Assembly (NCBI GenBank): GCA_947085655.1
Contig: CAMTXH010000005.1
Coordinates: 6,110-70,109, forward strand
DNA length: 64,000 nucleotides
Source of the DNA: an uncultured Omnitrophica bacterium
Lineage (GTDB): Bacteria; Omnitrophota; Gorgyraeia; JACQQV01
Reading direction: 5' to 3'
Shown here: in pieces, positions 53,533 through 63,194 of the stretch
Position numbering within the stretch: the stretch's first letter is position 1
Layout: each line of letters opens with the position of its first letter
The notes under the pieces: model-generated
Seen by the model: the letters and a program-made list of their open reading frames with translations, nothing else
Database searches by the model: none
Told to the model about the DNA's origin: nothing
Translations under genes and position numbers: made by a program

Positions 53533-54498
53533 ATGGGGAGCGCGACAAAGGCACAATCAGAGCAAAAAGCGACACGGGACGGGTTCGGGGAGGGGCTTCT
53601 CGAGCTCGGCAGGACCCGCCCGGACGTCGTCGTGTTGACCGGCGACCTGGGGGATTCGACGCGGGCCAACTGGTTTCAGAAGGAATTTCCGGAACGGTTT
53701 TTTGAAATGGGGATTGCCGAACAGGACATGATGGGTGCGGCGGCAGGTCTTGCCCTTTCCGGAAAAATCCCCTTTGTCTGTTCCTTCGGCGTTTTTGCCA
53801 CCGGCCGGGCCTGGGAACAGATCCGGACCTCCATCTGCAATATGAATTTGAACGTCAAGATCGGCGGGACGCACTGCGGCATCTCCGTCGGTGCCGATGG
53901 AACAACCAACGAGGCGCTGGAAGATATCAGCACCATGCGGGCCCAGGTGAACATGACGGTTTTGGTTCCGTGCGATTCGATCGAGGCGAAAAAGGCGACG
54001 TTGGCGGCGGCCGAGACCCCGGGACCGGTCTATCTGCGGTTGGGACGAAGTCCCTCATCGATCCTCACGAAGGGAAAAGACCCCTTTGTTGTCGGAAAAG
54101 CAAATCTCCTCCGCGAAGGAAAAGATGTGGCTCTTTTTGCCTGCGGGCTCATGGTGGACCGGTCCTTGCGCGCTGCGGCCCTTTTGGAAAAAGAGGGGAT
54201 TCGCGCCCGGGTGGTCAATATGCACACCGTCAAACCGGTGGACCGGGAAGCGATTGTTGCGGCCTGCCGCGACACCGGCGCGATTGTCACCGCCGAAGAG
54301 CACACTATCGTCGGCGGATTCGGAAGCGCCGTTGCCGAGGTGGTGGTTGAAGAGCATCCGGTGCCGATGGCGCGAATCGGCATCCTTGACCGGATCGGGG
54401 AATCCGGCGAGCCGGAAGAACTGTTCAAGGCCTTCCGCCTGACCGCCGAGGATATTGCCCAGGCCGCTCGCCATGTCATCAAGAAAAAAAGAAAATAA
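53533..54498 (+). CDS. Transketolase, C-terminal subunit
   Basis: GIAEQ, RAWEQIR, GPVYLRLGR, EEHTIVGG. Confidence 0.95.
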   Translation: MGSATKAQSEQKATRDGFGEGLLELGRTRPDVVVLTGDLGDSTRANWFQKEFPERFFEMGIAEQDMMGAAAGLALSGKIPFVCSFGVFATGRAWEQIRTSICNMNLNVKIGGTHCGISVGADGTTNEALEDISTMRAQVNMTVLVPCDSIEAKKATLAAAETPGPVYLRLGRSPSSILTKGKDPFVVGKANLLREGKDVALFACGLMVDRSLRAAALLEKEGIRARVVNMHTVKPVDREAIVAACRDTGAIVTAEEHTIVGGFGSAVAEVVVEEHPVPMARIGILDRIGESGEPEELFKAFRLTAEDIAQAARHVIKKKRK

Positions 54499-55351
54499 AA
54501 CCCTCACCCTCAAAAGTCCCGCCAAACTGAATCTCTACCTGGATGTTCTCCGGAGGCGTCCCGATGGGTATCATGACATTATCACCTGCTTTGAGCGGAT
54601 TGACCTTGCCGACCGAATTACCCTGACTCCCGCCTCCTTCGGTATCCGCTTGACCGCCAATACCCGGGAGATCCCCTGGGATGAAACGAACCTCGCTTTT
54701 CGCGCGGCGGAGGCGATTCTTCGAAAAACCGGCACGCGGCGGGGAGTCCGGATCCATCTGCATAAGCAGATTCCGGTGGCGGCCGGTCTCGGCGGCGGAA
54801 GTTCCAATGCCGCCACAGTTCTCCTTGGTCTCAACCGGCTTTTTCGTCTGGGCCTGTCCCGAAAGGCCCTCTTGATCCTCGGGAGGCACTTGGGGGCAGA
54901 TGTTCCCTTTTTTCTCCTCGAAACCCCCTTTGCCATGGGGCAAAAAAGGGGGGATCAGGTGAGGCCGATTCAGAGCCCTCTGAAGATCTCACATCTTATT
55001 GTAAATAATAGAGTTAAGTTATCAACCCAGGGGGTTTATCAACAGGGAAATTTTACCTTGACAAGGAAGCGACCAGATGTTAAAATTCTTCAGCGTTTTC
55101 TCGAAAGGGGCAACTTAAGGGGGCTTGTGGAAAGATGTTACAATGCACTGGAGCCGCCCGCAGCAAAAAGTTGCCCTGAAATTTTAGAGATGAAAAAGGC
55201 CCTTCAGACGATGGGGCTCGAAGGGGTCGGTCTTTCGGGAAGCGGTCCGACCGTTTTCGGCTTTGCCAAGAATCTCCATCATGCAAAAAGAATGCGCCGA
55301 ACCATTCTCTCGAAGCACGATTGGGACGTCTTCATCTGTCAAACATATTGA
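54473..55351 (+). CDS. ispE: 4-diphosphocytidyl-2C-methyl-D-erythritol kinase
   Basis: PAKLNLYL, DGYH, IPVAAGLGGGSSNAA, GADVPFF, LSGSGPT. Start uncertain. Confidence 0.94.
   Translation: MSSRKKENKTLTLKSPAKLNLYLDVLRRRPDGYHDIITCFERIDLADRITLTPASFGIRLTANTREIPWDETNLAFRAAEAILRKTGTRRGVRIHLHKQIPVAAGLGGGSSNAATVLLGLNRLFRLGLSRKALLILGRHLGADVPFFLLETPFAMGQKRGDQVRPIQSPLKISHLIVNNRVKLSTQGVYQQGNFTLTRKRPDVKILQRFLERGNLRGLVERCYNALEPPAAKSCPEILEMKKALQTMGLEGVGLSGSGPTVFGFAKNLHHAKRMRRTILSKHDWDVFICQTY
55058..55086 (+). promoter_or_regulatory. Internal promoter within ispE
   Basis: TTGACA, 17 bp spacer, TAAAAT with TG extension, in a locally AT-rich stretch. Confidence 0.65.
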
Positions 55352-55382
55352 GGCATCCGGGGGGAGTTGAGGAGAGAGAGAA

Positions 55383-55823
55383 TTGGAAATCACGGAAGTC
55401 CGAATTTTCCTGAAAGAGGGCCAGGATAAGAAACTCAAGGCCTACGCCACGCTGACCTTCGACAATCAATTTGTCGTCCGGAATGTCAAAGTGATCGAAG
55501 GAGCGAAGGGTCTTTTTGTAGCAATGCCTTCTCGGAAAATGAAGGAAAGCTGCCCGAAATGCGGCTACAAGAACGTGGTTCGAAGCCGCTTCTGCAACCA
55601 GTGCGGCGGGAAGCTCGAGGAACTTCAGCACCCCTCCCCTCATGTGGGTGGAAAAGCCGGACCGGGCGATGAGGAACGACAGTCGGAACACAAAGACATC
55701 GCCCATCCCATCACCCTCGAATTTCGGGAATATGTCCAGAAGAAGGTGTTAGAAGCGTACGAGGCGGAGAAAAAAGCAGGACCTCGGGCCTCTTCCAGCA
55801 CCATAGACAACCCACCGGAGTAA
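55383..55823 (+). CDS. spoVG: SpoVG family nucleic-acid-binding protein with zinc-ribbon insert
   Basis: MEITEVRI, KLKAYA, GLFVAMPSRK, KDIAHPI; inserted CPKC...CNQC. Confidence 0.92.
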   Translation: MEITEVRIFLKEGQDKKLKAYATLTFDNQFVVRNVKVIEGAKGLFVAMPSRKMKESCPKCGYKNVVRSRFCNQCGGKLEELQHPSPHVGGKAGPGDEERQSEHKDIAHPITLEFREYVQKKVLEAYEAEKKAGPRASSSTIDNPPE

Positions 55824-55864
55824 GACGCGAAACGATTCCGGCATTCGCGTTTCATCCGAACAGT

Positions 55865-55938
55865 TGGGAGATGGTGTAGCGGTAACACACCGGCCTTTGG
55901 AGCCGTGATCGGAGGTTCGAATCCTCCTCTCCCAGCCA
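55865..55938 (+). tRNA. tRNA-Gln(TTG)
   Basis: Acceptor tgggaga/tctccca, anticodon loop ctTTGga, T loop ttcgaat, encoded CCA. Confidence 0.95.
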
Positions 55939-55956
55939 TCCGTAATGATAGAGGGA

Positions 55957-55981
55957 GATGGCTGGTGCTTGAGGATTCGAA
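55957..55981 (-). repeat. Inverted copy of the tRNA-Gln 3' end
   Basis: gatggctggtgcttgaggattcgaa matches the reverse complement of 55916-55940 at 20 of 25 positions without gaps. Confidence 0.75.
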
Positions 55982-56021
55982 GGGAAATTTTTTTTCTTTT
56001 CTTGAGGAAAATGAGGAAAAA

Positions 56022-57266
56022 ATGTTAGAGCGTTGTTCGTTTTGCGGAAAAACCAAGGACAAAGTTCAAAAACTTTTCAGCGGACAGGGGGTTTATATCT
56101 GCGACCTCTGCATCAAACTCTGTCATGATGTCATGGTCGAGGACGGCCATCTCCGTTCCCGGAGCCGTCAGGCCTCCCTCGTCCGGGAGGTGCCGAAGCC
56201 GGCCGAAATCAAGCGACAATTGGATGCGTACCTCATCGGTCAGGAAAGACCCAAACGCCAGTTGGCGGTGACGGTGCACAACCATTACAAGCGGGTCCTG
56301 GCCGGCGTGAATGTCGACGATGTGGAATTGGAAAAATCGAACATCCTTTTAATCGGTCCGACCGGATCCGGCAAGACCCTGATGGCAAGGACCCTGGCTC
56401 GGACTCTGGATTTGCCATTTGCGATTTGCGATGCCACCACGCTCACCGAGGCGGGTTATGTCGGGGAAGACGTGGAAAATGTGGTCCTTCGGCTTCTTCA
56501 GGCGGCCAATTTCGACATCAAGCGGGCGGAGTACGGGATTGTCTACATTGACGAGATCGACAAAATCGGAAAAACCCACGAAAACGTTTCCATCACGCGG
56601 GACGTCTCGGGAGAAGGCGTCCAGCAGGCCCTTTTGAAGATTCTGGAAGGGACGATTGCGAATGTCCCGCCGCAGGGTGGACGAAAGCACCCTCATCAGG
56701 AATTCATTCAGGTTGACACCACGAACATCCTCTTCATCGCCGGGGGGACCTTCACCGGCCTTGAGCGGATCATCGAACGGCGAATGGGGCACAAAATCGT
56801 CGGTTTCGGCAAGGGCGCGGAAGGAACCGAAAAGGAACTGGGAAAACTCCTTTCCCGCGTGGAACCGGACGACCTTCTCAAATTCGGCATGATTCCGGAA
56901 TTCATCGGACGGTTTCCGGTGGTCGGGACGCTGGATCCGTTGAGCAAAGCGGATTTGATGGAGATCCTTGTCAAACCCAAAAACGCCCTGATCCGCCAGT
57001 ATACAAAATTTTTTGAATTGGAGAGTGTCAAACTGACATTTACCGATGCGGCCCTTGAGGCGATTGCGGAGGAGGCCCAGCGTCTGAAAACCGGGGCGCG
57101 GGGACTCCGTTCGGTCCTGGAGGATGTGATGCTGGAGGTGATGTACGAAATTCCCTCCCGCAAGGAAGTGGTCGAATGCATCGTCACCCCCGCCTGCATC
57201 CGGCAAGGAATTCCTCCCGAATACATTCTCAAAAGCGGCGTCCGGGCTCAACAGAAAATTGCATAA
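56022..57266 (+). CDS. clpX: ATP-dependent Clp protease ATP-binding subunit ClpX
   Basis: C4 zinc finger, [32 protein letters not shown] loop, GARGLR. Confidence 0.97.
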   Translation: MLERCSFCGKTKDKVQKLFSGQGVYICDLCIKLCHDVMVEDGHLRSRSRQASLVREVPKPAEIKRQLDAYLIGQERPKRQLAVTVHNHYKRVLAGVNVDDVELEKSNILLIGPTGSGKTLMARTLARTLDLPFAICDATTLTEAGYVGEDVENVVLRLLQAANFDIKRAEYGIVYIDEIDKIGKTHENVSITRDVSGEGVQQALLKILEGTIANVPPQGGRKHPHQEFIQVDTTNILFIAGGTFTGLERIIERRMGHKIVGFGKGAEGTEKELGKLLSRVEPDDLLKFGMIPEFIGRFPVVGTLDPLSKADLMEILVKPKNALIRQYTKFFELESVKLTFTDAALEAIAEEAQRLKTGARGLRSVLEDVMLEVMYEIPSRKEVVECIVTPACIRQGIPPEYILKSGVRAQQKIA

Positions 57267-57272
57267 CCCGAA

Positions 57273-58043
57273 ATGAGAGACATCGTCTGTGTGATTTTAG
57301 CGGCGGGACAGGGAAAACGGATACAGCAGGGAGAAAAGACCCGTCAGAAAGTTCTTTTGAAACTTCGGCAAAAGCCGATGCTGGGACACGTTCTTGAGAC
57401 GGTCGCCTCCGTCGGAATTGAACGGGTGATCGTGGTAACCGGTCATCAGAGTGAAGAAGTTAAACAATACCTGAGACAGTGGCGGAAGCGTCTCCACATT
57501 GAAACCGTTCGGCAAAAACTGCCCCGCGGAACGGCCGATGCGGTCCGGCAGGCGGAATCGCTTTTGGCTCGACACCGGGGGGATGTTCTGGTTCTCTACG
57601 GCGACACCCCGCTTTTAACGGAACGGACGTTGCGAATGCTCTTGGAGCGGCATCGGGCCCAAAAGAACACGTGTACGCTCTTGACAACGATGTTGGAAGA
57701 TCCGACAGGATATGGTCGGATTGTCCGGAACGGACAGAGTGAAGCGGTCTCCAGGATTGTCGAGGAGGCGGACGCCGGTGCGGATGAGAAAGCGGTGAAG
57801 GAAATCAATGTCGGCGTCTATTGTTTTCAATCGCGGCCCCTTTTTGATGCCATCAAAGAGGTAAAACCGGATAACCGGAAGAACGAATATTACCTGACGG
57901 ATACCATCACGATCCTTGCCGGGAAACGGAAGATGGTTCGTTCGGTGGTAAGCCGTGACCGCTATGAGGTTTTGGGAGTGAATTCGCCTTCGGACCTGAC
58001 CAAGGTCCGTCGGGCTTTTTCCAAGACATCTTCCCATTCATGA
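57273..58043 (+). CDS. GlmU-like uridylyltransferase domain only
   Basis: ILAAGQG, GTADAV, YGDTPL, DPTGYGRIVR, EYYLTD; ends at 256 aa with no hexapeptide-repeat domain. Confidence 0.88.
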   Translation: MRDIVCVILAAGQGKRIQQGEKTRQKVLLKLRQKPMLGHVLETVASVGIERVIVVTGHQSEEVKQYLRQWRKRLHIETVRQKLPRGTADAVRQAESLLARHRGDVLVLYGDTPLLTERTLRMLLERHRAQKNTCTLLTTMLEDPTGYGRIVRNGQSEAVSRIVEEADAGADEKAVKEINVGVYCFQSRPLFDAIKEVKPDNRKNEYYLTDTITILAGKRKMVRSVVSRDRYEVLGVNSPSDLTKVRRAFSKTSSHS

Positions 58044-58993
58044 AGGAAAAACTGGTTGTTTTTTCTGGCAACGCCAATCGGCGACTCGCGGAAGAGATTT
58101 GCCGTTTTTTGAAAATTCCGATCGGAAGTGTCCTGGTGTCCCGGTTCAGCGAAGGGGAGATCCGGGTCAAAATCAACCAGGATGTCCGGGGGCGTGATGT
58201 CTTTGTGGTCCAGTCGACCTGTTCCCCGGTCAACGAGAATCTGATGGAGCTTTTGATTCTCCTCGATGCGCTCCGGCGCGCCTCTGCCCGGCGGATCACG
58301 GCGGTCATCCCCTATTATGGGTATGCCCGTCAGGACCGGAAGGACCAGCCGCGCGTCCCGATCACCGCCAAGTTGGTGGCGAATCTGTTGACCGTATCGG
58401 GAGCCAATCGGGTTCTGACAATGGATTTGCACGCGGGTCAGATCCAGGGCTTTTTTGACATTCCGCTGGACCATCTGTATGCCGTCAATACCTTTGTGGA
58501 CTATATCGGCACGAAAAAAGTCAAGGAGATGGTGGTGGTTTCGCCGGATGTGGGCGGCATCAAGATGGCGCGTGCCTACGCCAAGCGGCTTCGGGCGGAA
58601 CTTGCGATTGTTGATAAAAGGCGGCTGAACGATCGGGATACGGAGGCGATGAACATCCTGGGAGAAGTGAAGGGAAAGAACGTTCTCTTGGTGGATGATT
58701 TGGTCGCGACCGCCGGTTCGCTGACCGAGGCGATCAAGGCGTTGAAAGCACACGGCGCAAGAGAGATTCGGGCCGCTATTACCCACGCCGTTCTCTCGGG
58801 GCCGGCGATAGAGCGGATCGAAAAATCGGCGTTGAAGGAACTGGTCGTGACCGACACGATTCCGATTCCTCCGGAGAAACGGAACAAAAAAATTAAAGTA
58901 TTGTCCGTTGCGCCTGTTTTAGGAGAAGCGATCCGGCGCATCCATAATGAAGAATCGGTCAGTTCTTTGTTTGAACCGACGGTGGAGATGTAA
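58040..58993 (+). CDS. prs: Ribose-phosphate pyrophosphokinase
   Basis: PYYGYARQDRK, DLHAGQIQGFF, SPDVGG, VDDLVATAGS. Confidence 0.97.
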   Translation: MKEKLVVFSGNANRRLAEEICRFLKIPIGSVLVSRFSEGEIRVKINQDVRGRDVFVVQSTCSPVNENLMELLILLDALRRASARRITAVIPYYGYARQDRKDQPRVPITAKLVANLLTVSGANRVLTMDLHAGQIQGFFDIPLDHLYAVNTFVDYIGTKKVKEMVVVSPDVGGIKMARAYAKRLRAELAIVDKRRLNDRDTEAMNILGEVKGKNVLLVDDLVATAGSLTEAIKALKAHGAREIRAAITHAVLSGPAIERIEKSALKELVVTDTIPIPPEKRNKKIKVLSVAPVLGEAIRRIHNEESVSSLFEPTVEM

Positions 58994-58995
58994 GA

Positions 58996-59757
58996 ATGGA
59001 GCAGATTGAATTAAAAGCGGAGATCCGCACGGAAATCGGTAAACAAAAAAACAAACATTTGAGGGAAAAAGGATTGATTCCCGCCGTCGTCTACCGACAA
59101 GGCAAGGAAACAGTTCCCTTGAAAATTCCCGCAGGAGAGGTGAACCGGGTCCTTCATACCGAACACGGAGAGAATGTCGTGATTGCTCTGACGGTGACGG
59201 GGGATGCAAAGCAGAAGAAAGAGCGCCTAGTTATGATCAAGGAAGTGCAGAGCGAACCGATTTACGGCGGGATTCTCCATGTGGATTTTCACGAAATCTC
59301 CCTGAGCGAGAAACTGAAAGTTCATGTTCCGGTAGAACCGAAGGGAGAGCCGGTCGGTGTCAAGCAGGACGTTGGCGTGTTGGAGCATACGCTTCGGGAG
59401 GTTGAAGTGGAATGTCTGGTTACCCAAATCCCGAACCATCTGGAAGTGGATGTCTCGCAACTCCAGATCGGGGATTCCCTTCATGTGAGGGATTTGATTG
59501 CACCGGAGGGGGTTCAGATTCTCACCGATCCGGAATTAACCATTTTTACCGTCAAACCTCCCGAGAAAGTGGAAGAGGTAGCACCCGTGGAAGCAGAAGT
59601 GGCGGAACCCGAAGTCATCACCGAAAGAAAGGCGGAAGCCGAGGGCGAGGAAAAAGAGGGGAAGGAGAAAGGAAAAGCGGAAGAGGGCAAAAAGCCCGCA
59701 GCCGAAAAGAAACCGGCCGAAGAAGGGAAGAAAAAAGGCGAGGCAAAGGAAGGGTGA
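58996..59757 (+). CDS. rplY: 50S ribosomal protein L25/Ctc
   Basis: LREKGLIPAVVY, ILHVDF, Ctc C-terminal domain, E/K-rich tail. Confidence 0.95.
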   Translation: MEQIELKAEIRTEIGKQKNKHLREKGLIPAVVYRQGKETVPLKIPAGEVNRVLHTEHGENVVIALTVTGDAKQKKERLVMIKEVQSEPIYGGILHVDFHEISLSEKLKVHVPVEPKGEPVGVKQDVGVLEHTLREVEVECLVTQIPNHLEVDVSQLQIGDSLHVRDLIAPEGVQILTDPELTIFTVKPPEKVEEVAPVEAEVAEPEVITERKAEAEGEEKEGKEKGKAEEGKKPAAEKKPAEEGKKKGEAKEG

Positions 59758-60329
59758 AAGTTCTCGTCGGGCTTGGAAACCCCGGCCGCCGGTACGCCAA
59801 CACACGTCACAATATCGGGTTTCGGGTGATCAGTCATTTTGCGAAGGAAGAAGGCATCCGTTTTTCCAAGTCGGACACACTCGGGGCCGTTTGGGGAAAG
59901 GGAGTCTGCGGAGGGGAGGAAGTGCGGGTGGTCCTACCGCAGCGCTTCATGAACCGCTCCGGTGAGGTGGTTCGACGCTTGGTTTCAAAGTGGCATTTTC
60001 CTCTGGAAAAGATGCTGGTGGTGGTGGACGACCTGGCACTTCCGTTGGGTCAGCTCCGGATCCGGTCCCGCGGCTCGGACGGAGGACAAAAAGGACTTCT
60101 TTCCATCATTGAAGCGCTCGGGACGGAAGATTTCTCGAGACTGCGGGTCGGCATCGGTTCTGGAGTCACGGACAAAAACTGGGAGACCTATGTGTTGAAA
60201 CCTTTTGCCAAAAAGGAGGCCTCTCGGGTCGAGTCCACTGTGGAAAGGGCGTCGGAAGGGTGTCGCCTTTGGATTGAAGAAGCAATGGATGTTTGTATGA
60301 ATCGGTTGAACAAGAGAGAACAAACATGA
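59754..60329 (+). CDS. pth: Peptidyl-tRNA hydrolase
   Basis: VGLGNPG, TRHNIG, FMNRSG, RLRVGIG. Confidence 0.95.
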   Translation: MKVLVGLGNPGRRYANTRHNIGFRVISHFAKEEGIRFSKSDTLGAVWGKGVCGGEEVRVVLPQRFMNRSGEVVRRLVSKWHFPLEKMLVVVDDLALPLGQLRIRSRGSDGGQKGLLSIIEALGTEDFSRLRVGIGSGVTDKNWETYVLKPFAKKEASRVESTVERASEGCRLWIEEAMDVCMNRLNKREQT

Positions 60330-60610
60330 GTCTGTACGAGGGACTTTTTATTGTCCAGCCCGGTTTACCGCCGGAAGAGCAGAAAACAGTCTTTTCCAAA
60401 ATCGAGGAGCCGATTACCAAGCAGGGCGGCACCATTGAAACCGCCCAGGAGTGGGGAAGGCGTCCCCTCGCCTATCCGATCCGAAAGCAGCGGGAGGGGG
60501 TTTATTACCTTATCCGGTTTCAACTGGCTCCCAAGGCCGTTCAGCTGCTTTGGAAAAGTTACGCGATGAATGAATCCATTCTCGGCTCTCTGATTACCCG
60601 GCAGACATAA
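60326..60610 (+). CDS. rpsF: 30S ribosomal protein S6
   Basis: YEGLFI, EWGRRPLAYPI. Confidence 0.95.
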   Translation: MSLYEGLFIVQPGLPPEEQKTVFSKIEEPITKQGGTIETAQEWGRRPLAYPIRKQREGVYYLIRFQLAPKAVQLLWKSYAMNESILGSLITRQT

Positions 60611-60611
60611 G

Positions 60612-61040
60612 ATGGCAGGCCTTAACCGAGTTTTCTTGATGGGCAACCTGACACGCGATCCGGAACTCCGGTATATTCCGAGCGGGGCGGCGGTGGCAAG
60701 CTTCGGACTCGCCGTGAACCGGACCTACACCTCCCAGTCCGGAGAGAAAAAGGAGGAGGTCTGTTTTGTCAATGTGGTTGTCTGGGGCAAGCAGGCCGAA
60801 AGTTGCAATCAATATCTGAATAAGGGAAGTCTGGTCCTGGTCGAGGGGCGTCTCACCTACCGGGCCTGGGAGCAGGAGGGCCAGAAGCGGAGCACCCTGG
60901 AAGTTCGTGCGGACCGGGTTCAATTCCTGGGCAAGCCGAAGGGAGGCGCTCTGCCACAAGAGGCATTGAAAGTTGAAGAGACCCCTTCCGAACCTTCCAT
61001 GGATGAAGAGGGGATGAGCACTGAAGAAGTGCCGTTTTGA
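60612..61040 (+). CDS. ssb: Single-stranded DNA-binding protein
   Basis: NRVFLMGNLTRDPELR and C-terminal EEVPF. Confidence 0.97.
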   Translation: MAGLNRVFLMGNLTRDPELRYIPSGAAVASFGLAVNRTYTSQSGEKKEEVCFVNVVVWGKQAESCNQYLNKGSLVLVEGRLTYRAWEQEGQKRSTLEVRADRVQFLGKPKGGALPQEALKVEETPSEPSMDEEGMSTEEVPF

Positions 61041-61067
61041 GCCTCTTTATATTATAAGGAATAACAC

Positions 61068-61379
61068 ATGAGGAATGAAACCGCATACCCAGCACAGCGC
61101 GGGGGCCGTTACGACACCCGATCCGGCAGGCGACAGGATGCCCGGGAGCGTCGGGGGGAAAAGTCCTTTTTTTTCCGGAAGAAAATCTGTAAGTTCTGTG
61201 CCGACAAAGCCAGCGGGATTGATTATAAGGATGTCCTTCGACTTCAGAAATTTATTACGGAAAAGGGGAAGATTCTTCCGAGCCGGATCTCCGGGAACTG
61301 TGCGCCGCATCAACGGAGTCTTGCCCGGGCCATCAAGTTTGCGAGGGCAATCGCCCTTTTGCCGTATACCGCGGAGTAA
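61068..61379 (+). CDS. rpsR: 30S ribosomal protein S18
   Basis: [28 protein letters not shown]. Confidence 0.96.
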   Translation: MRNETAYPAQRGGRYDTRSGRRQDARERRGEKSFFFRKKICKFCADKASGIDYKDVLRLQKFITEKGKILPSRISGNCAPHQRSLARAIKFARAIALLPYTAE

Positions 61380-61384
61380 TTCAG

Positions 61385-61828
61385 ATGGATGTCATTCTGG
61401 TCAAAGATGTTGAAAAACTCGGGAAGCAGGGGCAGTTAGTGGCCGTGAAGGACGGTTACGCCAGAAACTATCTGCTTCCAGCAGGGCTCGCCCGGCCAAA
61501 TACCCCCGGCAACCTCAAGCTGGTTGAACGGCTTAAACTCCAGCAGGAAGCCCAGAAGAAAAAGGAGTTGGAGCAGGCCAAGGCGGTTGCCGGACGGCTT
61601 GCTTCAATCTCCTGCACCTTGAGGGTCAAAACGGGGGAGGAGGATAAACTTTACGGCGCGGTCACACCCCAGGATATCGCAGCAGCCCTCCAGGAAGAAG
61701 GCGTGACGATTGACCGGAAGCGGATTGAATTGGAACAGCCGATTCGGACACTCGGGGTGTATCAGATTCCAGTTCGGCTTCATCCGGAAGTGACGGCCCA
61801 TTTGAAACTTTGGGTTGTCAAGGAATAG
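61385..61828 (+). CDS. rplI: 50S ribosomal protein L9
   Basis: VKDGYARNYLLP, KLYGAV, LHPEV. Confidence 0.97.
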   Translation: MDVILVKDVEKLGKQGQLVAVKDGYARNYLLPAGLARPNTPGNLKLVERLKLQQEAQKKKELEQAKAVAGRLASISCTLRVKTGEEDKLYGAVTPQDIAAALQEEGVTIDRKRIELEQPIRTLGVYQIPVRLHPEVTAHLKLWVVKE

Positions 61829-61832
61829 ACAG

Positions 61833-63194
61833 ATGCCCACACAAAGCGTACCCGAACTTTTGCTGGATCGGGTCCCTCCCCAGAATATCGAAGCCGAAAT
61901 GGCCCTCCTGGGGTCGATGCTTTTGGAGGAAGATGCCATCGGCCAGGTCATCGAACTCATCACCGAAAACGCCTTTTACAAGGAAGCCCACAAAAAGATT
62001 TACGCAGCCATGGCGCGTCTCTATGAGGAGGGGCGTTCCGTGGACCTGATCACCCTCACCGATCTTTTGAGAAAAGAAGGCATTCTGGAGGATGTCGGAA
62101 ACGCCTCCTATCTCACCACCCTGACCAACGTTATCCCGACCGCTGCCAATGTGGAACATTACGCTCGGATCGTCCGGGAAAAGAGCATTCTCCGAAACCT
62201 CATTCAGACCTCAACCCAGATCGCCACTGCCTGTTACGAGGGCTCCGAAGATGCGAACCTCCTCCTCGACAAGGCGGAAAGCATGATTTTCGACATTGCC
62301 CTGCACGGCGCCTCCAAGACATTCGTGCCGATCAAGGAACTGGTACGGGACAGCTTCGAAACCATCGAAAATCTCTATCAACGGAAGGTGCATGTGACAG
62401 GACTTTCGACCGGCTTTCCCGACTTGGATGCCCGGACGGCGGGATTGCAGCCCTCCGAATTAATTGTTTTGGCGGGGAGACCCTCCATGGGGAAAAGCTC
62501 TCTTGCGATGAATATTGCGGAGCATATCGCTTTACAAGAGAAAAAGGGCGTAGCCCTTTTCAGTTTGGAGATGTCCAAGGAGCATCTGGTGCTCCGGATG
62601 CTCTGTTCCCACGCCAGAGTGGAGATTCAAAAGGTCCGGACCGGATTTGTCCCGGAGAAGGCCTGGCCGGATCTTTCCACGGCGGCTGGCAAACTGGCAG
62701 AGGCCCTGATTTTTATCGATGATTCGCCGGACATTTCGGCTTTGGAGCTCCGTGCCCGTTGCCGCCGGCTCAAGGCCCGCTACGATATTCATCTGGTGGT
62801 GGTCGACTATCTTCAGTTGATGCGCGCCCACGCCTCCTCGGATAACCGGCAGCAGGAAATTTCACAGATCTCGCGGTCACTCAAAGCCCTGGCGCGCGAA
62901 TTGAACGTTCCGGTCCTGGCGGTCAGCCAGCTTTCCCGGGCACCGGAACGGCGGGAAGATTTCCGGCCCCGGCTTTCAGACCTTAGGGAATCGGGCGCAA
63001 TCGAGCAGGACGCGGATCTAGTGCTCCTTCTTTTCCGGGAGGATTATTACAAACAGTTGCCTGTGGATGATCCCAATCGTGGGACGGCGGAGTTGAATAT
63101 TGCCAAACAGAGAAACGGCCCAACGGACACGGTCCGTCTGGCATTCCTGAAGGAATTTTCACGCTTTGAAAGTTTGAGCCGGCGGCCAGAGTGA
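61833..63194 (+). CDS. dnaB: Replicative DNA helicase
   Basis: GRPSMGKS, FSLEM, VDYLQL, SQLSR, DLRESGAIEQDAD; no intein. Confidence 0.97.
   Translation: MPTQSVPELLLDRVPPQNIEAEMALLGSMLLEEDAIGQVIELITENAFYKEAHKKIYAAMARLYEEGRSVDLITLTDLLRKEGILEDVGNASYLTTLTNVIPTAANVEHYARIVREKSILRNLIQTSTQIATACYEGSEDANLLLDKAESMIFDIALHGASKTFVPIKELVRDSFETIENLYQRKVHVTGLSTGFPDLDARTAGLQPSELIVLAGRPSMGKSSLAMNIAEHIALQEKKGVALFSLEMSKEHLVLRMLCSHARVEIQKVRTGFVPEKAWPDLSTAAGKLAEALIFIDDSPDISALELRARCRRLKARYDIHLVVVDYLQLMRAHASSDNRQQEISQISRSLKALARELNVPVLAVSQLSRAPERREDFRPRLSDLRESGAIEQDADLVLLLFREDYYKQLPVDDPNRGTAELNIAKQRNGPTDTVRLAFLKEFSRFESLSRRPE

Noticed and set aside
59580-59757. Repetitive E/K/A-rich tail of L25 (and the charged BatC linker)
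   Set aside because: Ordinary low-complexity tails for these families; no nucleotide-level tandem unit.
61833-63194. Possible intein in DnaB
   Set aside because: Length is normal and the helicase motifs are contiguous.
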